Part shown: piece after piece, positions 51,204 to 64,000 of the stretch
Layout: every line of letters begins with the position of its first letter
Numbering within the stretch: position 1 is the first letter of the stretch
DNA from: Felis catus
Lineage: Eukaryota
DNA length: 64,000 nt
Assembly (NCBI RefSeq): GCF_018350175.1
Contig: NC_058368.1
Coordinates: 55,802,001 to 55,866,000, forward strand
Direction: 5' to 3'
Translations under genes and position numbers: made by a program
The notes under the pieces: generated by a model
What the model saw: the letters and a program-made list of their open reading frames with translations, nothing else
Databases searched by the model: none
What the model was told of the DNA's origin: nothing

Positions 51204-52800
51204 TTGTTTTATGCAATTTTATCACATTTCTAGATTCAGGTATGTACCACTACAGTCAAGATAGTGCAGGTGTGCCTGGGTGGCTCAGTCGAATAAGCGT
51301 CCGACTTCGGCTCAGGTCATGATCTCACGGTTTGTGAGTTCGAGCCCCACATCCGGCTCTGTGCTGACAGCTTGGAGCCTGGAGCCTGCTTCAGATTCTG
51401 TGTCTCCCTCTCTTTCTGCCCCTTTCTGACTCCCACTCTGTCTCTCTAAAATAAGTAAAACATTTTTAAAAATTAAAAAAAAGATACTGCAAACTTCTAT
51501 CATTACAAAGATCCTTCCTATATTGTTTTTATAACCACACAAAATAATCGTGTAATTCATTTAAGTTTTTGAATGTCCATTGCATTTTATCTTTCTTTTC
51601 TTTTCTTTTCTTTTCTTTTCTTTTCTTTTCTTTTCTTTTCTTTTCTTTTCTTTTCTTTCTTTCTTTCCCTCTGTCTCTCGCATCTCCATCTCCATCTCCA
51701 TCTCCATCTTTGTATCTCTCTTTCTCTCTCTTCTATTTTTTGCTGAAGAGAATTTCATAGTATATATGATTTTTACCATACGTTGTATAACCATTCTTTC
51801 ATTAAAAGACAACTACGTTGTTACCAGTTTTTGCCTAGTATAAATAAAACTGCTATGGACATCCATGGACAGGTTTTGTGTATTTTTTTATTATCTGGTA
51901 TAAATACTTAAGTGTGCAATCATTGAGTCATGAAGTAACTATCTTTATTTTTATAAGAAACTTCCGAATTGTTTTCTGGAGTAGCAGTACATTTTACATT
52001 CTCAGCGATGCACAAGTGATCTGTTTTCTCCTCATTCTTACTGCATTTAGTGCTGCCATTATTTAGTATTGGCACTGAAGAGAATCAAGGCAAAAGGTAC
52101 TTATGTGGTATTTTGGAAATGAGTGGGGTCTATAAAAATAAAAGCATAAAGAATCATATATAACAATTAGAGTCTAGTTGATAAAGTTGTCTTCACCAGG
52201 GTTATGAGTTAACAGTTCTGCATCAACTGTGTGTGATTTTTTAAATTAAACAAATAAACGAATAGTCCATAGGATTCTCGCTGTTAAAGTGGGATGAATT
52301 AGACATAAGCAAGGGAAGGAGGCCAAAGTGATCTGTATGGTAATGGATTAGAGTAGATGACATCATTTTGAAGTCAGGTATAGCTTAATATAGTTACCGA
52401 TGACCACATATAAAAATACTTACACATTATATACATATATGGGATAGTATACACACATTTTTTTTGTCTGTCAGCTGAAAAAAGTCAAAGAAGCAATGCT
52501 ATCCCAAGAGCAACAAGCACAACTAACACTCAGAAGATGGCCTAATACCATTCCCCAATAAAGGAAATCAGGGATCCCTGGAGAAATGGCTGGTTCTAGC
52601 ACTGGGGCAGGAAACATACAAGATAAGCCTGGCACATCTTATGCCACAAAGAAAAGCAATACTCAAAGAAAATTTACGAGGATGGGTGTATGTCAAAGAC
52701 ACATAGAAGCCAAATGAAAGCAACTGCAATGGCCAAAGCCAGAAATAATTTAAGCAACAAAATAAATATAGTAGAACCTCAACCAGATGATCAAAAATTC
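50960..52800. mobile_element. Old L1M 3' fragments with a SINE (51268-51482), (GT)n (51153-51202) and (CTTTT)n (51590-51660)
   Basis: taatggtaacatcttgcaaac and ccctggagaaatggctg motifs, plus visible microsatellites. Confidence 0.7.
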
Positions 52801-53128
52801 ACAAGTCACACTCAAACTCTGTTTTTGTGTGTACATGGAAAGGCATCCTTGAAAGAATATTAGAATAAAACAATAGTAGCACATTTCTGTGCAAGAGAAA
52901 ATAGCATTGTTTTTTTTTTTGAATAATATCCTTCCAAATTTACCTGATAAAATTGACTTGATGGCTTTTTACAATGTACCACTAATGTAATTACTATACT
53001 CTTTGTAAATATACAATGCCACCAAAATCATACCAGTGAAGAAGACCTATTAAAAACTTTCTACTTTCACCTTTCATCTACCCCAACCTATAGGAGCAGG
53101 GATTGTATTAGTGTTCTTGGCAATAAGG

Positions 53129-53133
<5 letters not shown>

Positions 53134-53167
<34 letters not shown>

Positions 53168-53848
53168 AGAGAATAAGAGGCAGAGAGAGAGGGTGAGAGA
53201 GAACCTTAAGAATCACACTGGAGCCTGACTCAAGGCTCTATCTCATGACTATGAGACCATGATCTGAGCCAAAATCAAGAGTCTGGACACTTAACCAGTG
53301 AGCTGAGCCACCCAGGTGCCCCAAACAATAAGGCTTTTAAAGTATCTTTAAAATTTGAAAAATATACCTTTACTAGATAAATCCAGCAGGAATCTTGAAA
53401 TAATATATTCTATAATACTAGGTAACTTTATATATTTTAGAAGAAGTTTATTCTTATTTTTTTAAGTCAGTAGGCTCCATGTCCAACATCGGCTTGAACT
53501 CATAACAGTGAGATCAAAATTTGTGTGCTCTACCTCCTGAGCCACTCAGGCGCCTGTATGTGAAGCTTATTCTTGAACAAAATAAATTATCATATATATA
53601 AGAAACCAAGGTTTAGGGGCGCCTGGGTGGCGCAGTTGGTTAAGCGTCCGACTTCAGCCAGGTCACGATCTCGCGGTCCGTGAGTTCGAGCCCGCGTCAG
53701 GCTCTGGGCTGATGGCTCGGAACCTGGAGCCTGTTTCCGATTCTGTGTCTCCCTCTCTCTCTGCCCCTCCCCCATTCATGCTCTGTCTCTCTCTGTCCCA
53801 AAAATAAAATAAAAAACGTTGAAAAAAATTTTTAATAAAAAAAAAAAG
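53134..53848. mobile_element. Three SINEs (53134-53322 minus, 53456-53555 minus, young 53616-53848 plus)
   Basis: TSD aagaaaccaaggttta around the young copy. Confidence 0.88.
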
Positions 53849-55134
53849 AAACCAAGGTTTAAAAGTCCAGGAGATTCTTTATAGCAGTTTTAAGGATAAG
53901 TAAATTGGAGAAAGCACTCCAATTTGCTTTAAGGACCATATAGCAATTGCCTTCATTCCACTAGAGAAACTTTGAGGTCCTTTTAGAGAGATTGAAAGTC
54001 TAATAGAAAATATCCACTCAAAGTCAAATAGCCCTTTATTATCTGCTAGCAGCTTAAGAAAGACTATGGTTTAATCAATCAAATACTTTGTACCTATAAA
54101 TCCATACAAGTACATTAAACCAATATAATCAAAATTCAGATTGCTCTATAAAAGTTGTGTCAGTAGGCTCTACAGACTGGGTTCTCAGTCTTTGATTCAC
54201 AGGCCAACCAGGAGCCCTAGGATAAAAGAAAAATCCTCCTTAAATGCTATATGCTTTTAGACACCTAATAATGTGTACCCTAACTTTTAAATTTCTATTT
54301 CCTTTTTATTCTTTTGTAATAAAATGTAGCACTCATGCATATGCAAATAAGCAGAGTAATCCCTCTTATTTTTAACCAGTCTGAATAAATTGAGCAGGGT
54401 AATTTTCATACAATGCATACCCACCAACTTCAAAAACATGGAAGTCAAGGTGATTGTCAAAGGTAGAAGTCTAACAACAGAAGCAACAAAAATTCAAAGA
54501 AAATAGTTAATCCATAAAATAGTTCAGTTACACCAACAAACTATGTCTTGCAGAATACTTACAACATTTCACTATATGTGAAACGTATGTCATATATGAC
54601 ACTAAGACACCTGCATTGGCTTCTTTGACTCAAGTGTCACCCATGCCAAAGTCTAAAAGACCGATTCCATTATTAGCTGATAACTGGCTCTCTTGTAATA
54701 ATACAGCAAAATAATGCTGTGCTACCCATGCTATACGTGCTACCCATGTGGACTGGTATATTTTCCCATTACATTTTGAGATAGATAAAAGGAAAAAACA
54801 GAATATGTTAAGAGGTAAGGAGAGATAAGTTAGATCTATTTTAATTAACATGTTTAATGAAGGATCCTCAGGAAATTTGGTAAAGGGCCATGTAGATATC
54901 TTTGACAGCATTTATATTAGATCAACAAGTGCAAAGGCTGTGACCATAGGTGTTGTTTTAAGAAGAATCAAGTAGATCAGTGAATATGAAGAGAATGAGC
55001 AAGGGGTAGAGTGGTACAAGATAACCCATGTCATATAACTAGTACTTTGGATTTTACTCTGACTTCAGAAGGAACCCATTGGCTCTTTTTGAGCAGTGGA
55101 ATTAATGATATGATATGTTTAAAAATAAAAAAGC

Positions 55135-55365
55135 GGGGCGCCTGGGTGGCGCAGTCGGTTGGGCGTCCGACTTCAGCCAGGTCATGATCTCGTGGTCCGT
55201 GAGTTCGAGCCCCGCATCAGGCTCTGGGCTGATGGCTCGGAGCCTGGAGCCTGTTTCCGATTCTGTGTCTCCCTCTCTCTCTGCCCCTCCCCCGTTCATG
55301 CTCTGTCTCTCTCTGTCCCAAAAATAAATAAAAACGTTGAAAAAAAAGAAAAGAAAAAAAAATTT
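55135..55365 (+). mobile_element. Young felid SINE
   Basis: CpG-rich, TSD tttaaaaataaaaaagc. Confidence 0.95.
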
Positions 55366-56539
55366 AAAAATAAAAAAGCTATTTTGAATGCACTGTGAAA
55401 AATGTTTCTGCTTGCTCTGTCTTTGCCCCTCTCTCTCTGTCTCTCTCTCTCTGTATATAAACATATGAATACAGAAATATATATATATAGTATTTATATA
55501 CAAATCCATATATATGTATTATATATAAACCCATATATAATTATACATACATAAACACATACATATTAAAAAATGTATAATAATTGATAGTCTTTTTAAG
55601 ATAAGTATTCTGAATGTATGGCAATGAAAATGTTCAGAATAAACACAAGTTACATCAACTAAATGAATTAATAAGCAATTGAATGAATGAACAAATGAGT
55701 GAGTCAATGAACAAATAGATTAACTGATGAGTGATTTGGAGAGTATGTTCACATAATATAAATATTTTGTGATACAGATGAGCACAAGACACATTATGTT
55801 GTGGTTTAGTCAAGTATCACTAGGCAATTAGTTTGAAAGAATAATTTGCCTAATTTACATACATTTGCACTTGGAGTTTAGGAGAGTCTAAGTACTAACA
55901 CAAAGCAATTAGTATGCTGAATTTGTTTTCAGAGTCAATATTTACTGCTGAACACAAATTAAGTCACATTTTAAACCAAGGAATTCTGTCATGTGCTTAA
56001 TAAGAAATTCTCTGACAGTTGTTTATGCGTTCTTACTTTAATGTATCTGGATGAACTGATGTGCTATATTTGAAAAACTTTACTCCTGTGACTGAACCGA
56101 CCTTGGTCTTCACCCACTACTATAATTAAGCAAGTAAATTGTACTACTTCTTTGCGAAGTATACATTTGGTAATCTAATACAATTACTCAAATTTCACCT
56201 TCTAATTTTCTTCCCTATATACATAGAAACGTAGTAAGATTAAATTACATACTTATAATTACAAATATAGACATTTTCAGTACACAATTATCACAAATCT
56301 GTCACCAAATACAGAAACAACCACACTTTTTTAAATTAACTATTTGATTACAAATATGCTTATGATGTCACTTTGGCATTTAAATACATTGATTTGCTTT
56401 TATGTCTGTCTCTACACACTAAACAGTAAACCCACAGAATAAATGCTCATTTTTTTGGCTCTTATATCTTGTACACCTGTGAATTCCTGATCTAAGGTAG
56501 TATCTCAGTAAATTTTTAATACTTTTATGTGATGTCATT

Positions 56540-57325
56540 CAAATTCTATAATATTAACCTCTTTCAAGTTTATAACACAATGAATTTCAATATATTTACA
56601 GAGTTATAAGACCATCTCCACAATGTAATTTTAGAACATTTCCATAATCTTAAAAGGAAAACTTGTGGCAATTTAAAGTCACTATCCATTCCTGCCCCCA
56701 GTAATAGAAAGACATTATTTTATGTTACTATAGAACTGGCTTTTGGATATTTCATATAATGGCATTTAATAATAAATGCTTTTTGTGCATCATGTTTCTT
56801 TTACTGAGCAAAATATTTTCAAAGTTCATGCATGGTGTCACATGTATCAGTTCTTCATTCCTACCTATTGCCAAATACTATCCAACTGTATGGATGTACC
56901 ACAGTTTGTTCATCATCAGTTGATGAGCCTTTAGATTGTTTCCCCTTTGGCCTATTATGAGTAATGCTGCTGTAAACATTATTACACAAATTTTTGTGTG
57001 GACATATGTTTCATTTTTCTTGAATAGATATGTAGTAGTGGAATCTTTTGGTCATATGGCATATCTTTTTTAACTAAGAAGTTGTCTTGGTATATTTTTT
57101 TTCAAAGCCCATTTATTTATGTTTAAGAAAGAGAGAGAGCATGTGTACGTGCATGTACAAGTGGGGAAGGGGCAGGGAGAGAGGAAGACGGAATCCAAAG
57201 CAGGCTCCAGGCACCCAGCTGTCAGCACAGAGCCCCACGTGGAACTCGAACTCAGGAACTCACGAGCTGTGAGATCATGACCTGAGCTGAAGTCAGCTGC
57301 TTAACCAACTGAGCCACCCAGGCGC
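56540..57325 (-). mobile_element. L1MB-like 3' end followed by a CanSINE (57095-57325)
   Basis: tttacagagtt..accatc..ttttagaacatttcc, then SINE head and tail. Confidence 0.8.
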
Positions 57326-59977
57326 CACAGTATTTTAGTAATTTTTTTAAAATAGCATCTTAAGATATACTTCAAATTCATTATTTATTTTATGGTAAAT
57401 TTAGTGATATTTTTACATTCTAATATGTGATCTACACTGCAATAAAAACACACTTTCTCTTAAAAGTATAGCACAATATTTTCTTATCTATAAATTAACA
57501 AATATAGAACTTTCATTTTCTTTTAATAAAACATGACCAACACAGTATCTTCCTATAAACAGAGGCAACACCAATGGTAATTATTCAGGGATGTCTAAAT
57601 GTCTCAGACTTTCTATTTTTATTTTAAATCAAGGGACTTTATTTCTTTTTTTAGTAAACAAGTTTTCAGGTGTGTATCCAATGAAAAATTTAGGTTAATA
57701 TTGTCACATTCACTGACATATTGCCATACTCATCAAAGTCCTTTATTAACATATTGCAGGGTTTTTTAAAACTTAATATTCAGTATGAACAAAAACACTC
57801 TCGTTCAAATGAGTCATAACAATTTTGGAAAGGAATCATCAACAATCAGAGCCTTAGGAACAACTTTTGGATAGTGTGCTGTTTCAGAGTTAATGAAGCA
57901 CGCTTATGAGGCAGACCAAAATATACCAATTACAATACTGGGAAAATGCATTTTGTGAATTGCAGTCATAATACCATTATTTTCTACTGTCCTTTTTTTT
58001 CATTGGCCTGAAAGCTAACAGAATATCCTCATTAACATGTATTCCAATATATTATACTTATTGAAGTCTTACGACATTTATGATTTTGAAATTTATCTTG
58101 AGTGGTATTTCCATTTCATCTTTGCATTAGCATCTCAAGTTAATTGGTCATGAGAAAATAGTTTCTTGGAATGCTTATAACTATTTTTTCTTAACATCAG
58201 ATTGTGCTGTAATCTTAATTTCTACTTAAAATGCACTCATAGAGAAAAGGATATTTCAAGCAGAAAAGAGTGATAACCACAGCAGTATCTAAAGTTGCAT
58301 AGATGTTAGACTAACTTCTCTCTGTATTTCATTAGGAAACTAATGTTAACTTTTGTAAAAATCCAGACAATTTCTCTAAAATTATTCCATCCCTAAACAG
58401 TCTAGTCTTTAGTTTATAAAGTAATATTTACTGGACAGTTGAGGGAAAAAAAACTGTATCAAAGAGAGTTTGGCATATTATTTTACTCCTTGTTGTTTAA
58501 TTGCTTTGCCTAGTAGGGCAGAGGGCCACAAACCATTCAGGTCATAGGAGTCATTATTGTCAATACGTAGTAACGTGAATAAAGTTTAAACTTTGAACTG
58601 TTTTATGAAAATGTGAAGGTGCATTTCTTTAAATAAGTTAAATTATCATTTGTCGACTGTTGCCAGCCATGTATCAAAATTATCAGCTATGACTAAAATT
58701 ATCCCACATTTTACTATTAGGTTTAACGCCTTCATTAAATGCAGCATGCCTAGATATGAATATGCTTTTGTGATTTTGAGGTAGAAATGGACTCTGCTGA
58801 CCTTATCCTATTTTAAAATCAAAACGTGTATAGCAACTTAACACTATCAAGTAACATTTAAAGGCTTTAAATAACATGTTTTTGAAGAGTGAATGAATTC
58901 CAGTGAAAGAGCCTTAGTAATTGAATCTGAATTGACTGGTTTTATTGGTTAGGAAAAAAAATAGTTTATTTTGACAACTCAATTTAAAATTGTCTAGTTA
59001 AGCGTAATGTGAGAATCTCGCTTAAAGACTGTCTTCCCAGCTTATTGCAGCTTTGTAAAAATTTCTTTAGGCTAAAACTTGATGGATGTTTTTGATGAAT
59101 TTGTTAATTTACTATTCTTCAGTTTAACAAAGCGATATTATTAATGGATGTTAGCAATTTCAGTTTAAGAACCAAACTTTACATAACTGATTTAAAGGAA
59201 TAACTTCCACTTGCTTTTTCTGTCCCTTTTTCTAATTTCTCCCCATCAAAGCTGAGCAATATCTCAAGACTGAATTGCTAAGAAATGTTGTGTTAAGAGA
59301 ATGAAAGCCTTGGGATTGAGAGTAAAATAATTCAGTTCCTTTTAAAACAGGCGATACTTCAGAGCCATCAAATCTAAGAAAAACTGCAGTGATCTATGAT
59401 GTAAAATTAGGCTAATTCTATGTGAACATGAACAGTATTTTCTCACTTCTCTGAATAGGTCATTATTTTGAGGTTAATAATTTTAAAATTCCCAAGAATA
59501 CCATAGAAATTGATTTTCCCCCCTTAAGATCCCTCTTTGAAAGAAAACGATTCATGTATAATGATACTTGTACTCCTGTCAGGTCCAATTTAACATTACG
59601 AGGAACTCATTCTTCAGTGTATGTAGTGGCTTCTATTTAATATAGCGATTCTTCAATTATAAAAGGACGCTCCAGCAAGTCTTGTCTTCTCAACTCTCTG
59701 AAGTCTTTGGAAATTTTTACTTGTTAGTGTGTGATTTTTTTTTTTTTCCTTAGAGAACAGTCCCTATTATTTCTGTTCACCAATAACTGGATTTTAGTGG
59801 CTGCTTTTATTCTAAAATGTCATGAAAATAAAATTTAGTTATGTTACCTGAAAAACAGAAGATGCCACATCTTATACAAAATCAGCTACATGTATTCAGA
59901 ATTGGTCTTGCATTTATTGCTACATTCAGGCTACAATAGAATAGCATGTTGGAGTTCCTCTCTAAACCACAATTTTA

Positions 59978-60190
59978 AAGGCACTTGGGTGGAGTTTCTG
60001 ACTCTTGATTTCAGGTAATGTTATGATCTTGTGGTTTGTGAGATCGAGCACCATGTTGGACTTGCACTAACAGCACAGAACCTACTTGGGATTCTTCCTC
60101 TCCCTCTCTCTCTGCCCCTCCTCCGCTCATGTGTGCATGTACGTGCTCACTGTCTCTCAAAATAATTAAACATGAAAAAACATTTTTAAA
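59978..60190 (+). mobile_element. CanSINE with an internal deletion
   Basis: ggcacttgggtgg head and A-rich tail. Confidence 0.8.
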
Positions 60191-61181
60191 AGCCCATGTC
60201 TCTCAATATAATCTCCATAATTTTTATTTCAAACTCCATTTAGTCATACTTGAGGCTTCTTAAAAGATGTGACTTATTTTACTATATGTGATTTCAATAA
60301 TACTCATTTTAGAAAACAAAAGTAATGCAACCTGTTATCCATAATATTAACTTACCCACATATTCCATGATAGCAACCTATCCACATGTTTACTTATTCC
60401 ATTGGATTTTATGAGAATTTTTTGGGAAAATAATGTGTGACTTTAATTTCTATGTTCTATATTCTATGTTTAATTTCAGTTCGACATTCCCATATATTCA
60501 AAAACGTATGATGACAGCTAGCAGTATCCTTTTTTTTCTTCACTTAATGAATTTAGAATTTTTTAAATTTAACTTGATATATTTATTTAGATATATAAGG
60601 AGCTGACCCAACAGAACATTTCACTTTACTATCCTAAATGGCATTCTGCTTAAAACCTAATGCTTCATTGTTGAATGAGTAGATATTTGGGCACAATTTT
60701 AATCACATTCTCTTAATATCTTGTGTTTATCTTCTATCTACCTATCATGTACCTATCATTTATATTTCTGGCCATCTATTTTTTTTTATTGGAAATAAGA
60801 TTATATCACAATAAATTGCTAGTGAGATACATGGGTTATGTTCAATAAAACATTCCATTTAATAAACCATTTTATCCATTCAATTACTAATTTCTAAAAA
60901 CTCACAAATACACTGAAAGAGAAAAGAAAACTCTGCTGGAAATTGGAAATATTAAAGAATCCTTATTATTGATACAAGGTATTCTATAGAGAATGGGTAG
61001 AAATATTGATAGTGCATTCCATTTGACAGGCTTAATTTCTAGGATATTAAAACTGGTAATATGAACACTTTATGAAAGATCAGTGTATAGTATAGTTAAC
61101 TGTCTCTAAGGAATATAAAACTATACTTACTTCAACCTAGCAAGCAAAACTCAACTAAATAATATTGGTGATTTAACATCT

Positions 61182-61738
61182 CTATTATGGACTGAATTTC
61201 TGTGTCTCATCCCCAATTCATATGTTGAAGTCCTCAAATTTTGTTAAAAGACAAACTGAAGCATTTAAAAACTTTTAAGAATTTATTTGAGAAAAACTTA
61301 TTTGAATCAGGCAGCATCCAATCTAGTGGATAGAAAAGAGCTGTATAAAATTAAAACTTTTATAGGCAGAAGGGAGAAGTAAGAAAATTGCACTAGGAAA
61401 ATAAAGTGGGCAGTTGGCTATTGCACAGTCACTTTCCTTTGGGGGATGGTAGGGGTCTGTTAGGCAGTGCTCATTAGGCAATTCCTCCTGATTGATTTAA
61501 TCTTCTATTTCTAGGTGTGCGAAAACTGTAATCGGGCCTTGGTTTGGTGTCTTAGTTTGGGACTTAGCATAACTGACTCTATTTGGGGTCTATTACTGTC
61601 TTATTGTTATCACCCTAATGTGATGGTTCTTGTTGTAGAGCCTTTGGGAGGTAATTAAATTTAGATGAGATCATGAAGAGTAGAGTCCTCATAATGGGAT
61701 TAGTGTTCTTGTAAGAAAAGGAGAAGACACCACAGCTT

Positions 61739-61789
<51 letters not shown>

Positions 61790-61972
61790 TCTACCATCTG
61801 AGGACACAGAGAGAACCAGCCTTTTGCAAGTGAAGAAGAAAACCCTGACCAGAACATGACCATGCTAGCACCCTAATCTTAGGTTTCCAGTTTCCAGAAG
61901 TGTGAAAAATAAACTTTTGTGTTAAGCCACTCAGACTATGTCCTTTTGTTATAATAGACCAAGCTAAGACAA
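61182..61972 (+). mobile_element. MLT1A-like LTR interrupted by another LTR (about 61242-61612), with (CT)n at 61742-61785
   Basis: tatggactgaat..catatgttgaagtcct / ccctaatgtgatgg..agctaagaca. The insert runs TG..CA. Confidence 0.8.
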
Positions 61973-62014
61973 TCTTCAAGAGTAACTTTATTTTTCTTTA
62001 AAATGGATATAATA

Positions 62015-62240
62015 GGGGCGCCTGGGTGGCGCAGTCGGTTAAGCGTCCGACTTCAGCCAGGTCACGATCTCGCGGTCCGTGAGTTCGAGCCCCGCGTCAG
62101 GCTCTGGGCTGATGGCTCAGAGCCTGGAGCCTGTTTCCGATTCTGTGTCTCCCTCTCTCTCTGCCCCTCCCCCGTTCATGCTCTGTCTCTCTCTGTCCCA
62201 AAAATAAATAAACATTGAAAAAAAAATTAAAAAAAAATAA
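62015..62240 (+). mobile_element. Young felid SINE
   Basis: Near-identical to the copies at 23556 and 42774. TSD aaaatggatataata. Confidence 0.95.
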
Positions 62241-63759
62241 AATGGATATAATATCTGCACCTTTGCCTGAAATCCAGAGATTATGTTACAAATACCAAAT
62301 TTGTAAATATTTGAAATTGTGAAGTTATATTCGTTTTTCAGTTGAGGTAATTTCACTTGTGTTGAATCATCATTGAACTAATATTGCTTAATGTCATTCA
62401 GAACATTGGTGAATGAGCTAGGTCTCAAGGTGGAAGAGCAGTCTAAATAAAAGTTAAATTTAAATATTTGACATATCTATAAACTTCCTTTTGGTTATGA
62501 AACTGTCATTTATTTTTCTCTATATTGTTCTGTATTCTAAGCTTCACCAGCAATTTTTAGCCACCCTCTCCACCCCCCAAAGTATTTCAGCTATTTATTT
62601 CATTATTTCATCTCTGGTAACCCTTGCCTTCACCACTTCAATTTCAATCAGATCAAACTACTTATTATTTTTTTAATATGTTCCCTCAAAGGAATTCTAT
62701 TGCCAGATGTTTCACGTAAACAAGATAATTTGAGACCATTGGAGGTGGACTAGTGAATGCTAATTTATCTGCTCTTTATCATTGCTTAGTTTACTGGAAA
62801 GGAAGTATGAGTGAGCATTAAAAAATAAAATGTTAAATATGTTTTTAAAATAAATTTTTAAGTATTAATCTACTATTTAAATAAAAATGCAAACTGGAAT
62901 AAATTACTGCGGAGAAAAGTAGAACAACCAACTAAAGGTGTTGAATGCAGAGAGATCCAGGAAAGGGATAAACTAAGAAAATGACAGAAAAACATAGCAA
63001 ATGATAATAATAATAATAATAAGGTCACAGAAGTGTTTTGGATATCCTCAGGGTACTCCTCTATATTCACTGTCTTTCTCCATCCTTCGCCTTGTCTGTG
63101 AGCACAAGGAACCTGACCTTTGCTTCAGGTTTCTTATACTCTAGTTCCAAGTGTGTAGAAAGGAGGGGAAGGAGAAAAATGGGGTTCAGATAATTATTGT
63201 CCTGGCTAAATACCTGCAATATTGCCATGGTCAGGCAGTTTCTCTCCTGTCAAAAGGCCCTCTCCCCACAAACGTTTACTTCAGTTAAGTCCAGAATAGT
63301 GGAGCACCTCACTTGTTACTAGTTCCAGGATAATGAACTATCACTTGCCACTTCTCCACATTCTACCATATCTTTGAAATAAGTGCTCTTACAATCATTA
63401 AACTTTCCTCAAGTACTCAGTTTGAAGGTACCACCTCTTTCATGTGGGCATCCTGTCTAAGGCAGTAGGTGAATAATCAGTCATATCAAGTAGGCAAATT
63501 CACAAGTCAAACCCATGTTTGGTTAAGTGAAGATATTCAGTGTTTTATTCCATAGCTATCACTGGAAAAAAATTATACTCAAAGATTGCCTATAAATTGG
63601 TGAATAAAATATGTCAGAAAAAATGAAAAGAAAATATTAAAATGTGTAAATCATCAAAATGAAATATCAGGTCAAAATTTTCTACATATTTGGGGGAATG
63701 GAATAAGCAACATCAGATATATGGTTGACATCATTAGATGACATGTGGTTGGGTCCAGG

Positions 63760-64000
63760 GTAGGGTTGCTATATTTAACAAATACAAATGCTTACACACA
63801 ATTAAATTTAAATTCTAGATACAACAAATGGTTTTTTAGTAAAATATGTTCCATCAAATGTTACTGCTTACCTGAAATTCTTGGGTACTTGGGTGTCTTA
63901 GTCTGTTAGGCTACTGTAACAAAATACCATAGACTGAGTGGCTTAAACAACAAACATTTATTTCTCACAGTTCCAAAACCTGGCAAGTGCAAAATCAAGG
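63760..64000. mobile_element. MER33-like remnant followed by the start of an antisense MLT1A LTR (63893-64000)
   Basis: tagggttgc..ttaaatttaaatt, then tgtcttagtctgtt..aacaaaataccatagactgagtggcttaaac. Confidence 0.7.

Noticed and set aside
51561..51843. KEKKR / FLFFS ORFs
   Set aside because: (CTTTT)n microsatellite.
1..64000. tRNA genes, CRISPR arrays, CpG-island promoter
   Set aside because: The tRNA-like boxes are SINE heads. No spacer-repeat array or CpG island was seen.

Overview
AT-rich, repeat-dense mammalian DNA. The carnivore tRNA-derived SINEs (CanSINE/SINEC_Fc type) and young felid-type L1 3' ends point to a cat or other felid. No intact protein-coding gene is evident, and almost all listed ORFs come from SINEs, L1s or microsatellites. 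The main non-repeat signal is a long-dead, multi-exon gene on the minus strand (about 21.9 kb down to 7.3 kb). Its exon remnants have canonical splice sites, short introns and mostly matching phases. Translated by hand, they resemble small-conductance Ca2+-activated K+ channels (SK/KCNN) in the correct order. They appear to contain TWO tandem S1-S6 repeats followed by a calmodulin-binding/coiled-coil tail, with no recognisable GYG filter in either repeat. The family assignment rests on by-eye alignment to the KCNN2 sequence recalled from memory and needs a profile search to confirm. Other observations: a solo LTR with a 6-bp TSD, a tiny L1 with both a 5' inversion and a 3' transduction, a young 1.45-kb L1, and several near-identical young SINEs.
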